Numbered from the whole stretch's first letter, positions 41,113 through 53,026 are shown. The stretch is 63,794 nucleotides of DNA, filler included, from Octopus bimaculoides (GCF_001194135.2; 8 parts of 7 records of this genome joined end to end with filler, not necessarily neighbours in it), one strand, 5' to 3'. Made by a program: numbers and translations. Notes: generated from the letters alone by a model not told the origin.

Positions 41113-42715
41113 CTGGTCTTGACATCTCTCTTTAATCTTCCACCTCGATCTTAAGATCACTGCTTTTTCATTCTCTTTCGAAGTCGTCCACCCAAGTAGA
41201 CGACGCTCCCTCTGTAATCTTCGCAAGATTGTGGGACTGGCCTCTTCCTCCTCTTGTCCTTCGTCATCAGAAGAGCTAACAACCCTGCGAAGGTTTAAAA
41301 TGTGATGCAGCATTCCATCAACTGACACGTTATTACGTGAGTTCACTGAAGTCATCCTTTTCTCAACTGGGTCGCGCACTGCGTATCAAGTGACCTCACC
41401 AACACTTCATCCGTAATCAGAATAGATGCAGACCCTTCCTCTTCTTCGAACTGCTGTGGCACCATGTTCGGGTGTCTCCATTCATATTTGAATACAGGTC
41501 ACCGACTTCTCAGGTGTCCTATCCTGGGCGACCTTCCCCGATAGTGCGTTACATATATTGCCAACCTCTTCAAGTCTTCTACCACCTGAATCTTCCTGTT
41601 TTGTGCATACTTGCACGGAGTCGATGGACAGAGACTTATCACATCTTGCAACAATTTCCGAACGCTCTTCTTGGTGACATCAGGGTCAACTTTCCTGGCC
41701 CAAAACAGGATCCTGTCTACTCCTATATGACGCATGATACACCGTCCCTTCAGCTCCAAGCCCTCCAGCCGACATGCAGTGGCCACTTCACTCAGTGACA
41801 CCTCCGACACTTCCAATCAGGTCTTACTTTTTAATATGGTATAACCATCTGCCTTATTTTTTTTTCTGGAGGCACAAAAACTACCTTCATCTTCAAACCA
41901 AATTCAGCAGCTAGCTTTCTCTGAATTACCGGATGGCGCTTATCATCTCCGCGGCCAATTCTGTTCGGATTCTCTGATTGGTGAACACTCGTAGCTACCT
42001 ATCCCATACCGAGGCCGAATTAATCTGAATTTCCACAGCATACAATCCCCGTCTTAGTGCCAACTTCACACCCTTCAAAACAACGTTCAGTTGATGCAGT
42101 TGTAGTCATCCTTCTTCCTGAGTCATGCTGCATCTTTCACCTTTCCAGAATGCAACTATGCTACATACATCAGGCCATACAGTTCCTTTTTGTTTCGGAC
42201 ATATACTAACTACCTTCACCGGATCCTTCACTCCCATTCTCTCCAAGATGTCTTGCATCGTGGCAACTGTATTCTATCCCACTTTGTCTCCCTAGTTCAC
42301 TCCTTCAGCTCGCGTCTTGATGTAGCTGTATGCCCTTCAGAGCCGTCCAGTTTTCTACACGTTGTGAACAGTTATCGCCTATTCATGTCCTTGCTTACGT
42401 CTTGAATGTCATTACCTCTCTGAAACACAATCCTGCCCACCTTAACTCTTTCGAGATTACGCCCCAGCGCAGTGCCTCCTTCTGTAGCCTCCAGTGGTTT
42501 TGCAATCAACCCGAATCTCCTCAGATAATCCGCAATTTCCCATGCCGACTTTACTCTCTCAACTGCCAGAAATCCACATATGTAAGAAATAGTAACCTGC
42601 TCCAACTTGGCCACTTTCTCCAAGATCGCCTTGAGAAACTTTGCCATAATTTTCGGTGCTGAACTCAAACTGAATTCCAACCGAGTCAGACAGTATGTTC
42701 TGCCCTTGTACCAGC
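41113..42715 (-). mobile_element. Ty3/Gypsy pol (RT-RNaseH-integrase) relic on the opposite strand
   Basis: KGRTYCLTRLEFSLSSAPKIMAK...LRRFGLIAKP; HIGVDRILFWARKVDP...KRLAIYVTHY; VNSRNNVSVDGMLHHILNLRR. Confidence 0.85.
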
Positions 42716-42855
42716 TGGTGGTAAGAAGCATGTTTCCCAACTATTTGTCCTTGGGTTCAGTCCCACTGCGCGGCACCTTGGGCAAGTGCCTTCTACTATA
42801 GCCCTGCACCGACCAAAACCTTGTGTGTGGATTTGGTAGACGGAAACTGAAGAAG

Positions 42856-42899
<44 letters not shown>

Positions 42900-43095
42900 C
42901 GCGTGTGCCCGTATTTGTCCCCCACTACCGCTTGACAACCGGTGTTGCTGTGTTTACGCACAAGTAACTTAGCAGTTCGTTAAAAGAGAAGGATAGAATA
43001 AATACCAGGCTTTAAAGAAGTACTGGGGTCAAGTCATTCATTCAGTTACAAATTTTTCATGGCAGTGCCCTAGAATAGCTGCTATCCAATGACTG
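42712..43095 (+). mobile_element. SINE group B with internal (TG)n
   Basis: Homology to the 14129 copy. Confidence 0.88.
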
Positions 43096-43129
43096 AAACA
43101 AGTAAAAGCTAAAAGACATCAATTAACAC

Positions 43130-43415
43130 ACGCACCTTCCTTTTGGGATCACTACTTTTTTGTTATCTCCCCTTCTTCTTAACTCTCCTGTGTGATCCTT
43201 CTGTCCGGTATTCGCCATGATAGATCGCTGACCACTACACATATATTTTTTTCTCTCCTTGTTCCTCTCCTTGTTTCTTTTTGTGTTCCTTTCTGTTGAA
43301 GAGCGTAGGCTCGAAACGTTAAAGACTTTCTCTATTCCCGAGCGTTATACTAATACATCCATTTGTTGTTTACACCACCTGTCTTCGTCTGTTGTTTTTT
43401 CGTGAATTCTCCCAT
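43130..43415 (+). mobile_element. PLE terminal repeat copy 3 (solo) with the best hammerhead-like motif (43289-43324)
   Basis: CTTT-CTGTTGA-A-GAG-CGTAGG-CTC-GAAA-CGTT-AAAG. Confidence 0.78.
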
Positions 43416-43811
43416 TTAAAGAAGTAACTCTATATAACCTAACCAAAAGGAAATCAACGAGATTTACAGCTTATTGAGAAACTGAGGGGCAACGCTCGAG
43501 TAATACAATGGCAGAGAATATTTAATTAAAGTATATTTATTCATAGAGTATCTTTTAAGTGTAAGGGGCTCAAGGCGAGGGTATACTATGTGTAACTTCA
43601 TTCAAGGATTTATCATTAATCAAAATAATGATCGCTAGGGAGGAAGTTAGGATCTGAATAAGGAATGAAAAAAGAAGTTGGAAGAATTATGAATTTACAG
43701 TCATTTACCAGACAAGTTAAAACTGATGACTGTAGGGTAATTATTATCATCATAAAATGGAAATGTGTTAAGGTCGGTGTTACAATTAAGAAATCATCAT
43801 CATCATCATTC

Positions 43812-44258
43812 TTTCCTTTTACTTGTTTCAGTCATTTGACTGCGGCCATGCTGGAGCACCGCCTTTAGTCGAGCAAATCGGCCTCAGGACTTATTCTTTG
43901 TAAGCCTAAAACATTTTATCGCAAACCTTTTGCCGAACCGCTACATTACGGGGATGTAAACACACCAGCATCAGTTGTCAAGCGATGTTGGGGCGGGACA
44001 AACGCCCCCCCAAAAAAAAGATTTAAAGAAAGTAGAAAATAGAGAAGTACTGATTAACAACAATTGACTTACATCAATTATTATTTATTAATTCAATGCA
44101 AAACGGGCTTCTTTGAGTTTCCGTCTATCAAATCTACTCACAAGGTTTTGGTCGGTGTGGGGCTATAGTAGAAGACACTTGCCGAAGGTGCCACGCAGTG
44201 GGACTGAACTCGGAACCATGTTGGTAAGCAAGCTACTTACTACACAGCCACTCCTGCG
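43812..44258 (-). mobile_element. SINE group B with about 100 bp of unrelated sequence in place of the internal microsatellite
   Basis: 3' half at 43812-44000 and 5' half at 44105-44258 match the rc of the 14129 copy. Confidence 0.85.
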
Positions 44259-44260
44259 CC

Positions 44261-44261
<1 letters not shown>

Positions 44262-44311
<50 letters not shown>

Positions 44312-44318
44312 CATTATT

Positions 44319-44357
<39 letters not shown>

Positions 44358-44358
44358 G
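44262..44358. repeat. (TTA)n microsatellite
   Basis: Direct reading. Confidence 0.95.
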
Positions 44359-44924
44359 AGTGAGAGAGCAGGGCATGCCATCAAAGTGACACTGATACGA
44401 AGCCCATTATACTCATCATGACTACTTGTCTGATAAGGGTACACCAGCCACATGCATCACAGCCATATGTGCGTGACATAGTGATCTCATATCAAGATAA
44501 ACAGCGCATGACCTCGCAGGTGGGGCCCAGTTAGAATTTTTTTCAGGTCGAGTAGCCCAACCCGTTCAAAAGGTCCTTGAATAAAGGTTGTTTGAGGATG
44601 TCGAACGAAATACCCATGTTTCAAAAGGTGAATTATCCAAACCCCAAAGAATTCCTCTCAACACATGGATATGATGCTCCCCCACTAATTCTGCTCGTGA
44701 TCAGAGATGCACATATCATCAGCCACCAAGGGACATGCTCAGCTGGTTAAGGTCAAACAACTGACAAGCAAATCTGTGGTATTAAGCAGAATATTTGTTG
44801 NNNNNNNNNNNNNNNNNNNNNNNNNNNNNNNNNNNNNNNNNNNNTTAATTAATTAANNNNNNNNNNNNNNNNNNNNNNNNNNNNNNNNNNNNNNNNNNNN
44901 ACACACACACACACACACACACAT

Positions 44925-45226
44925 TGGTACTCCACTGGTTGCAACGATGAGTGTTCCAGTTGATCCGATCAATGGAACAGCCTGCTCGTGAAATTAACAT
45001 GCAAGTGGTTGAGCACTCCTCAGACATGTGTACCCTTAATGTAGTTCTCAGGTAGATTCAGCATGACACAAAAAGTGACAAGGCTGGCCCTTCGAAATAC
45101 AGGCACTATTCGTATTTGCCAGCTGAGTAGACTGGAACAAGGTGAGGTAAAGTGTCTTGCTCAAGGCAATCAAACTCTTGATCTTACAATCATGAGCCAA
45201 ATACCCTGATCGCTAAGCCACACACC

Positions 45227-45230
<4 letters not shown>
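44925..45230 (-). mobile_element. SINE group C, full length, older copy
   Basis: Homology to 37061-37384. Confidence 0.85.
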
Positions 45231-45257
<27 letters not shown>

Positions 45258-45790
45258 CACACACATACACATATACATGCAACACACACATATACATATA
45301 CATGCAACACATACACATATACACACAACACCCACACACACATACACACAACACCCACATCCACATATACACACAACACCCACACACATATACACACAAC
45401 ACCCACACACACATACACACAACACCCACACCCACATATACACACAACACCCACACACATATACACACAACACCCACACACATATACACACAACACCCAC
45501 ATACACACAACACCCACATACACATACACACAACACCCACATACACATACACACATACATGTATACATACACCTCACACATGTATACACCCACACCCACC
45601 ACACAAATACATGTATACACACACACCACACACACACCTATACACACACCACACACACACCTATACACACACCACACACATACACACACCACACCACACT
45701 ACACACATACACATTTACACACATACACATTTACACACATACATATACATACAACACACAAACACATATATACACAACACACATACTTAT
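45231..45790. repeat. Complex CA-rich minisatellite (units like ACACATATACACACAACACCC)
   Basis: Direct reading. Confidence 0.9.
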
Positions 45791-45940
45791 CATACTCTCC
45801 ACATTATTTATGCCATCCTGTTTGTGTCATCTCCTCACACTTGCACTCACTCTTATCTCTTCATTGACACAGTTTTTTTACCACCCACAAATATCCTATA
45901 CCGCACTATAACCTTCAACACGTGTAGACTTCTACACATA

Positions 45941-46941
45941 TAAAGTGCATTCCAGAAGTTTTGAGACTTTTTCCAAGAGAGACATTTATTAATTTCAAAG
46001 AAGTACAAAACTCTAATCCCCTTCAAAATAGGATCCTCTGACTTCAATACAATTGTTGTAGTGCTCTAGTTACACTGTGAAGGGCTCTGTGGAAGTCCTC
46101 CAAAGTGGAGGTTTCCAGGGCCCTTGTCACAACTTCCTTCGTCTTCTCAATGTCTTCAAATCAATTGCCCCTGAGGTTCTCCCTCAGCTTGGGAGGACAA
46201 CCGAAAGTCACAGAGAGCAAGGTCTGGAGTGACAGGAGGGAGTGGGCCAATTTGGATGCTATGTCAAGTAGTTGGTTACCAGGATGGAACTGTGGATTGG
46301 TGCATTGCCCTGGTGCAGGTGCCATTGACCCAAATGAAAGAGTTCTGGCTTTTGGCAATGAAACCTCTTCTTGAACTTCCTCAAAACCTCCACAAAGTAT
46401 TCTTTGTTGACTGTCTGACCAGAGAGAACTCAGTGAATGTGGATGATGCCCTCACAGTTGAAAAAGGAGACTGCCATGAGCTTTTTGTGCCAGTTAGAAA
46501 TAGATGATTGTATTATACAAGTTAATCCATAAGCAGTCTGAAGCATTTCATAAGCTTCTGTGGTGTTTTTTTCCCCCAGTTTAATGCAAAATATTATTGC
46601 CTAGTAAACTTCCAAATTGTCGTGGCATCCCAACTGCATTCCGCAAACTAGTCAGCTGTGTTAGCACTGTTTAGTAGTGTGTGTTCAAAGTGCTTTTAGA
46701 GCCATCTCCTTCACTCTGGAATAACAAAAGTTGGCAGCTTATTAGATGTATTTTTTTTTTTACTTGTTTCAGTCATTTTGACTGCAGCCATGCTGGAGCA
46801 CTGCCTTTAGTCAAGCAAATCGACCCCAGGACTTATTCTTTGGAAGCCTGGTATTTATTCTATCTGTCTCTTTTTGCCGAACCGCTAAGTTACAGGGATG
46901 TAAACACATCAGCATAGGTTGTCAAGCAATGGTGGGGGGGA

Positions 46942-46987
<46 letters not shown>

Positions 46988-47212
46988 CGACGGGCTTCTT
47001 TCAGTTTCCGTCTACCAAATCCACTCTCAAGGCTTTGGTCGGCCCGAGGCTATATTAGAAGACACTTGCCCAAGGTGCCACACAGTGGGACTGAACCCGG
47101 AACCATGTGGTTGGTAAGCAAGCTACTTACCACACAGCCACTCCTGCGCCTATATATAGTAATAATATATTAACCTCTTCCAAAAAATCTCAAAACTTTT
47201 GTACATACATTA
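45941..47212 (-). mobile_element. Mariner element, internally deleted, with a SINE near its 5' end
   Basis: C-terminal DDD-region remnants at 46050-46480; N-terminal FCIKLG...EAYEMLQTAYG at about 46520-46590; degenerate TIRs at 45941-45968 and about 47186-47212 share TCTCAAAACTT. Confidence 0.75.
46750..47150 (-). mobile_element. SINE group B, full length
   Basis: Reverse complement of the 14129 copy, with internal (CA)n. Confidence 0.92.
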
Positions 47213-47312
47213 TGCTGAAACATTCACACAGTTTCCCCTTATGCCCACTTCCAGACATGGATGCACCTGTTCATGCTCACCTCTCCTCCAATTTAACTCT
47301 TCTCCCCTCTTG

Positions 47313-47535
47313 TGGAGGTGTATGGCTTAATGGTTAATGTGTTTGACTTACAGTCATAAAATGTGGTTTCAATTCCTGGACTGGGTGATGCATTGTGTTC
47401 TTGAGTAAAACATTTTATTTCATGTTACTCCTGTCTACTCAGCTGGCAAAAACGAATAACCCTGCAATGGATTGGCACCTCATCCAGTGGGGGAATATAT
47501 ACACCACAGAAACTGGAAAACCAGCCATATGAGTC
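47313..47535 (+). mobile_element. SINE with group C head/CORE-like region but a different 3' part
   Basis: GGAGGTGTATGGCTTAATGGTTA...GGTTTCAATTCC...CTCAGCTGGCAAAAA, then CCCTGCAATGGATTGGCACCTCATCCAG. Confidence 0.7.
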
Positions 47536-47713
47536 TATCTTTTTTGTTTTTTCCCCATGGTACAACATTCTGCCCTGATTTCTAACCTTTCACCTCTTTT
47601 TTCTTTTCTCACTCTGACTATTCCTCTTTCTTACTCCCTCTTAATATTTCAGGCATTAGGTCTCTATCAGAAGAACGAGAAGGAAATGTAGACACTTCGT
47701 CTTTCCATTAAAT

Positions 47714-48172
47714 CAGTGGTTCCCTATTGGGTCCGTTGTCCATGTAAAGTTTGGTTTAAATGCATGCATAGCAAGAAACAACAAGGTTTCTTTCTCTAAC
47801 ATTTTACATAGTTCAACCTACACAAGTTAAATAAGAATTTTGAATTCTGTAAAACTAGTTTTTAAACTGCAAATGGCTATGGGGTCCACCAGAATAAATT
47901 AGTAATCAAAGGGGTCTATAGATGAAAAAAAAATGGTTGAGAACCTCTGCTTTATATGTATGTATTGGTATTTATTGTAAGAAACAGCTAGGTTTCTTTA
48001 TCTGACATTTCACATAAGTCAACCTATGCAAGTTAATGTGTGAAAAACAAAATAGGAACTTTGGAAGAAGTACCTATAAAACTAGGTTTTACACACCAAA
48101 TGGCTATGGGGTCCACCAGAATAAAATAGTAACCAAAGGGGTCCAGTGATAAAAATGGTTGAGAAACACTGC
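47714..48172. mobile_element. hAT/Charlie-like MITE with tandemly duplicated 3' half
   Basis: CAGTGGTTCCC left end; GGTTGAGAACCTCTG and GGTTGAGAAACACTG right ends; direct repeat about 47770-47950 and 47980-48172. Confidence 0.7.
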
Positions 48173-48764
48173 ATTAAATCGTTGAGATATTTGCTTTTGT
48201 TAAACCTTGTTCCTCCTGGAGTAAAGATTTTTGCCAACATAACATGTCAGTCCTGGTTTTGGATGAATGTTGCTGTAATATAGCCCTAAGAGACATCATC
48301 TCCAGCTGGCTATACAACACGATCTGTGTCCTGTGTTGTACTTGTTATTGTTCATTATATTTACGCAAACACATACATACATACATACACATGTGTGTTT
48401 GTGTGTGTCCTTGTCTTGCTATCATGTGATAGTTGTAAACAAGCACCACCATCATACAAGCAGTGTCCTTTTCCACTTTCCCATAACAACATGTCTGTCC
48501 TTGAGGAAATATTACCTTGCTTGGAAACAAGAGATTGGAGGTAGGAAGCACATCTGGCTTCTATCTGATCTTTCAAGCATATCCTATTGCCAACCTTTAC
48601 GACTTTTTCAAATAAACTATCTCTTATTCCTTGTGCTTTTGAATGTGGTGAGCCAGCAGATAATTTATTGAGAGGGAAAAATGACAACAATATCACTGCT
48701 TGTAGCTCAGTGATTTTTGGAGAAGTGCTAATGTAAACAGTCACACAAACACACATCTAAGTAT

Positions 48765-48799
<35 letters not shown>

Positions 48800-48803
48800 T
48801 ACG

Positions 48804-48865
<62 letters not shown>

Positions 48866-48866
<1 letters not shown>

Positions 48867-49015
48867 GCATGGCTGAGCGGTAAGAAACTTGCTTCCCAAC
48901 CAAATAGTTCCAGGTTCAGTCCCACTGCATGGAACCTTGGACAAGTCTTCTATTACAAACTTAGGCCAACCAAAGCCTTGTGAGTGGATTTGAAACTGAA
49001 AGGAGTCCATTGTAT
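48866..49015 (+). mobile_element. SINE group B, 5' part
   Basis: GGCATGGCTGAGCGGTAAG...GGTTCAGTCCCACTGCATGG. Confidence 0.8.
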
Positions 49016-49104
49016 ATGCATGTGTGTGTATATACACGCACACACATATGTATGTGCATGTTTATGTACATAGAGAGCTTTTATATATATATATTTTATA
49101 TATA

Positions 49105-49900
49105 TCCTCATCATCATCATCATTTAATGCCTGTTGTCCATGCTGGCATGGGTTGGACAGTTTGACCAGAACTGGCAAGCTGGAGAGCTGCACCAGGTTC
49201 CTGTCTGATTTGGTTTGGTTTCTACAGCTGGATGCCCTTCCTAATGCCAGCCACTTTACAGGGTGTGCTGGGTGCTTTTATATGGCACCACATGGGTGCT
49301 TTTGCATGGCACCACATGGGTGCTTTTGCATGGCACCACATGAGCACTTTCATGTGGAACTGCATTGGTGCTTTTATGTGGCACTGCATGGGTGCATTTA
49401 CATGGTGCTGTCACAAGTGCTTCACACCATCAGAGGGACGAGTCTTAACACTTCTGCTGCAGAATACAAGTCTTCATGAGTACAGCAAGGTGTCATGCAT
49501 CTTGGTCCTTTGTCATCTCGCCTGAAGGGTTCAACGTCTTGAGGTCACTCTTCAGTACTGCATCCCATGTCTTCCTGGGTCTCCTACTTCCACATGTTCC
49601 ATTTATTTTGAGAGATTGGCACTTCTTTATGGAGTTGTGGATATTCATCTGTATCACATAACCAAACCAGCACAGTCCTCTCTTTTGGACACAACTAATT
49701 TCTCTTATGCCTAACTTCTCTCTCAAAACACTAATACTCTGTCGAACATTTACATTACACACCCAGCTGAGCATACTATCCTCTTTCCTTTCTAACCTTC
49801 GCATATCCTCTGCATTCAAGGCCCACATTTCATTACCATGTAGAATTACTGTCCGTATACATGCATCATACAATCTTCCTTTCTCTTTGCAAGTCAACAA
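49105..49900 (-). mobile_element. RTE LINE 3' end, 5'-truncated, with (GAT)n tail and internal ~21-bp minisatellite
   Basis: ORF 49493-49900: KGRLYDACIRTVILHGNEMW...LCWFGYV...RRPRKTW; (CAT)n at 49105-49123. Confidence 0.85.
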
Positions 49901-50149
49901 TTTATATCATTGTTTTGAAGAAAATTGTTCATTGCTTGAAAAATATTGTTCAAGTTCAATAAAATTTAATATGTACTCAATGCATAAACTGTCATTGTTA
50001 GGGCAGCTTTTAAGCTTGTTTGTAAATAAATAAATAAGATGTAAAAAAAATGTTAAAGTAACCCTTAGTTCCAGATATGCAAAATAATGTCAAGATCAGT
50101 TATTTTTTTGTTTAGTTAGTTGTATATAATGTTTCTTATTTAATTTCAG

Positions 50150-50447
50150 GATTTTGTTGGAACTACTCCAAATGGGTGTGCATCCTGTAGCATTGGCAAA
50201 AATGTTAAAAGCAATGTGTTCTCAAAACAGAGAAGTAACTCCCAAGACTGAGTACATGGTAGGGAAACCGAAAGAACCAGCAGCTAAAGGCCCTGCTGCT
50301 CGACCAAAGGAAAATGTAACGAGCAAAACTACGAAAGAGAAGTCAAAAAAGCCAGTTCCAAGTACAAGGTTTCACAATGCTACTTCCACTCAGTTCCAGT
50401 CTGCTAACGTAAATTCTGGTAGCAGTGCAAACCTGAAAAAAAAGTAA
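50150..50447 (+). CDS. MZT2: Exon of a mitotic-spindle organizing protein 2 (MOZART2)-like gene; upstream exon(s) not found
   Basis: Acceptor ...CTTATTTAATTTCAG|G then ILLELLQMGVHPVALAKMLKAMCSQNR, aligning to human MZT2 ILVDLLKLNVAPLAVFQMLKSMC (recalled from memory); 98 codons without stops in stop-rich DNA. Confidence 0.72.
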
Positions 50448-50549
50448 TTGTGTCAATTATCTGGCATGTGAAAGTGAGTATAAAGGATTCTATAAGATGT
50501 GTGTTTGTGTGAAATATGTAATGGCATTATGTAGTTTATACAGAGGACT

Positions 50550-50652
50550 TGTGGTGGTGTATGACGTGTAGTGGTGTATGACGTGTGGTGGTGTATGACA
50601 TGTGGTGGTGTATGACGTGTGGTGGTGTATGACGTGTAGTGGTGTATGACTG
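50550..50652. repeat. 20-bp minisatellite GTG(G/T)(T/A)GTGGTGTATGAC-type, about 5 copies
   Basis: Direct reading. Confidence 0.9.
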
Positions 50653-51075
50653 AGAACGGTAGAGGACTGTATGGGGCATGTGTGAAATGTGCAGTGACGT
50701 ATAGTTACATGCATGATGCACATATATCCATTTTATTATCATTATTGTCATAATTTTACATCCCTCTTTGCATACTGGCATGGGTTTGATAAGTTATCAT
50801 GATCAGAGTTTGTTCTCATTTTGAAGTTATTGTTCTCTCATAGACAGAACATAGGACATTATCTCACTGGTACATTCTTATGGCTAGATGCCTTTCATAG
50901 GATTTGACCACTTTATACAATGTTCTGGATATATTTTGTTATACTACCAGCACCACAAAGACTTGTGTACGCAACAACACTGAATCATCTTCAATCATTG
51001 TTCATTCACCATTCTTATCCACTTTAACATTTAAAAAAAAAAAACATTTTGACTGAGATTATTAAAAATTAAGGG

Positions 51076-51230
51076 GTAGCTGTGTGGTAAGAAGCTTGCT
51101 TCTCAGTCATATGATTTGAGGTTTAGTCTCAATGTATGGCACCTTGGGCAAGTGTCTTCTACTATAGTCTCAGACCAACCAAAGCCTTGAGAGTGGATTT
51201 GGTAGACTGAAACTGAAAGATGCCTGTTGT
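51076..51230 (+). mobile_element. SINE group B, 5' part
   Basis: Homology to the 14129 copy. Confidence 0.8.
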
Positions 51231-51252
51231 ATATATATATATATATATATAT

Positions 51253-51709
51253 ACTAGCAGAGATACCTTTGCTCGGTATTAAAATGGCATAGTCTTTTAT
51301 TATTTTACTTGTTTTAAAATAAAAATAGTAAATTAAATTGAATTGTTTGGCTTGTTCTGACCAGTTGTAAAATTGTTTGTTGGGCAGATATACATGTGGT
51401 TATCTTCTGTGGCATATAAATGAATAGTTATTGCAGCACTCATAAAAATAGAGCTGGCTGGTTTTAATATCATTGAGAAATATTCTTTGATAAACTATCT
51501 TTAACATTTTAGNNNNNNNNNNNNNNNNNNNNNNNNNNNNNNNNNNNNNNNNNNNNNNNNNNNNNNNNNNNNNNNNNNNNNNNNNNNNNNNNNNNNNNNN
51601 NNNNNNNNNNNNNNNNNNNNNNNNNNNNNNNNNNNNNNNNNNNNNNNTATATATATATAAATATATATATATGTATGTATGTGTGTGTGTATATATATAC
51701 ATACATACT

Positions 51710-51741
<32 letters not shown>

Positions 51742-52000
51742 CTAGCAGAGATACCTTTGCTCGGTATTAAAATGGCATAGTCTTTTATTATTTTACTTGT
51801 TTTAAAATAAAAATAGTAAATTAAATTGAATTGTTTGGCTTGTTCTGACCAGTTGTAAAATTGTTTGTTGGGCAGATATACATGTGGTTATCTTCTGTGG
51901 CATATAAATGAATAGTTATTGCAGCACTCATAAAAATAGAGCTGGCTGGTTTTAATATCATTGAGAAATATTCTTTGATAAACTATCTTTAACATTTTAG
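51253..52000. repeat. 260-bp identical duplication (51253-51512 = 51741-52000) across a gap; probable assembly artefact
   Basis: Identical sequence; the first copy ends at the Ns. Confidence 0.85.
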
Positions 52001-52948
52001 CATTCGAACCGGCCACATCTGGCGAAAGTATTCTACCTGTTTTATTATCAAACTGGCCAGAAATGGCCTCACACAAACCTTAAAGTATTGCAGTGTACTC
52101 ACATTTTGAAACCTGATGTTCTTAGATATAAGCCCACCACATTTTTCTCATCCCTGCTTCAACTGACTTGGACTTAGTGAAAGTATTTATTTATTTATTC
52201 TCATTGTTTTGTATTTATCACACATTACATTGTAGCTTTGAGATTTTGAAGGGGTAACTGTTAGTTTTTAGAACAATACTCTAAGGTTTGTGTGAGGCCA
52301 TTTCTCCCCTCTTTCTCCTTTTCTCTCTCTCTTCACTTCCTCTTTTTTTCTCTCTCTCTCCCTCCCCTCTATCTCTTTCTCTCTCTGTCATTGCTCACAT
52401 GTGACCACCGTCCATCTTACCCTTCCTCATGTGACCAGCTTTCTTTTCCTTCAGGGAAATTCAAAAGAGTGGATGTGTTTTTTCTTTCTCTCTCTTCTAT
52501 CTTTTCTCTTTTCAAAAAAATATTTCTCCCAGCATTCACTATTTTCCTCTCATTCTAGTCTAACGACCCTCCATGTTTGTTTTCGTTCGGTTTCCTTGTA
52601 TGTCCCTACTGTCATGTTTTTGTTCCCAACTTTACTTTCCATAAATCCTAAATTTTATTTTAGAATTTATGTTGAATGCTCGAACTATAGAGGAGTAGAT
52701 GGACAGCTGACAACTGAGGAAGGGTCCTTTCTCTTTGTTTACTTGTCTTGTTTTCCATTTTTTTCTCGTTGTTTACATATTTAACTCGTTTGTTTATGTA
52801 TTTCATGTTATTTGCACTGTTGGTGATGTCCTGTACCTATATATGCATNNNNNNNNNNNNNNNNNNNNNNNNNNNNNNNNNNNNNNNNNNNNTTAATTAA
52901 TTAANNNNNNNNNNNNNNNNNNNNNNNNNNNNNNNNNNNNNNNNNNNN

Positions 52949-53026
52949 CCCCGCTCCGCCCCGCTCCGCCCCGCTCCGCCCCGCTCCGCCCCGCTCCGCC
53001 CCGCTCCGCCCCGCTCCGCCCCGCTC
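52949..53026. repeat. (CCGCTCCGCC)7+ GC-rich tandem repeat
   Basis: Direct reading; rc unit GGGGCGGAGC. Confidence 0.95.

Noticed and set aside
47640-47710. Candidate upstream MZT2 exon after TTTCAG
   Set aside because: Translations (IRSLSEEREGNVDTSSFH*, ALGLYQKNEKEM*) lack the ELYEL...DPxVF pattern and terminate.
50550-50652. CRISPR-like array
   Set aside because: Head-to-tail minisatellite without unique spacers, in eukaryotic DNA with no cas genes.
51253-52000. 260-bp tandem duplication, and a similar short one at 60700/61082
   Set aside because: Identical copies abutting gaps indicate unmerged contig overlaps.
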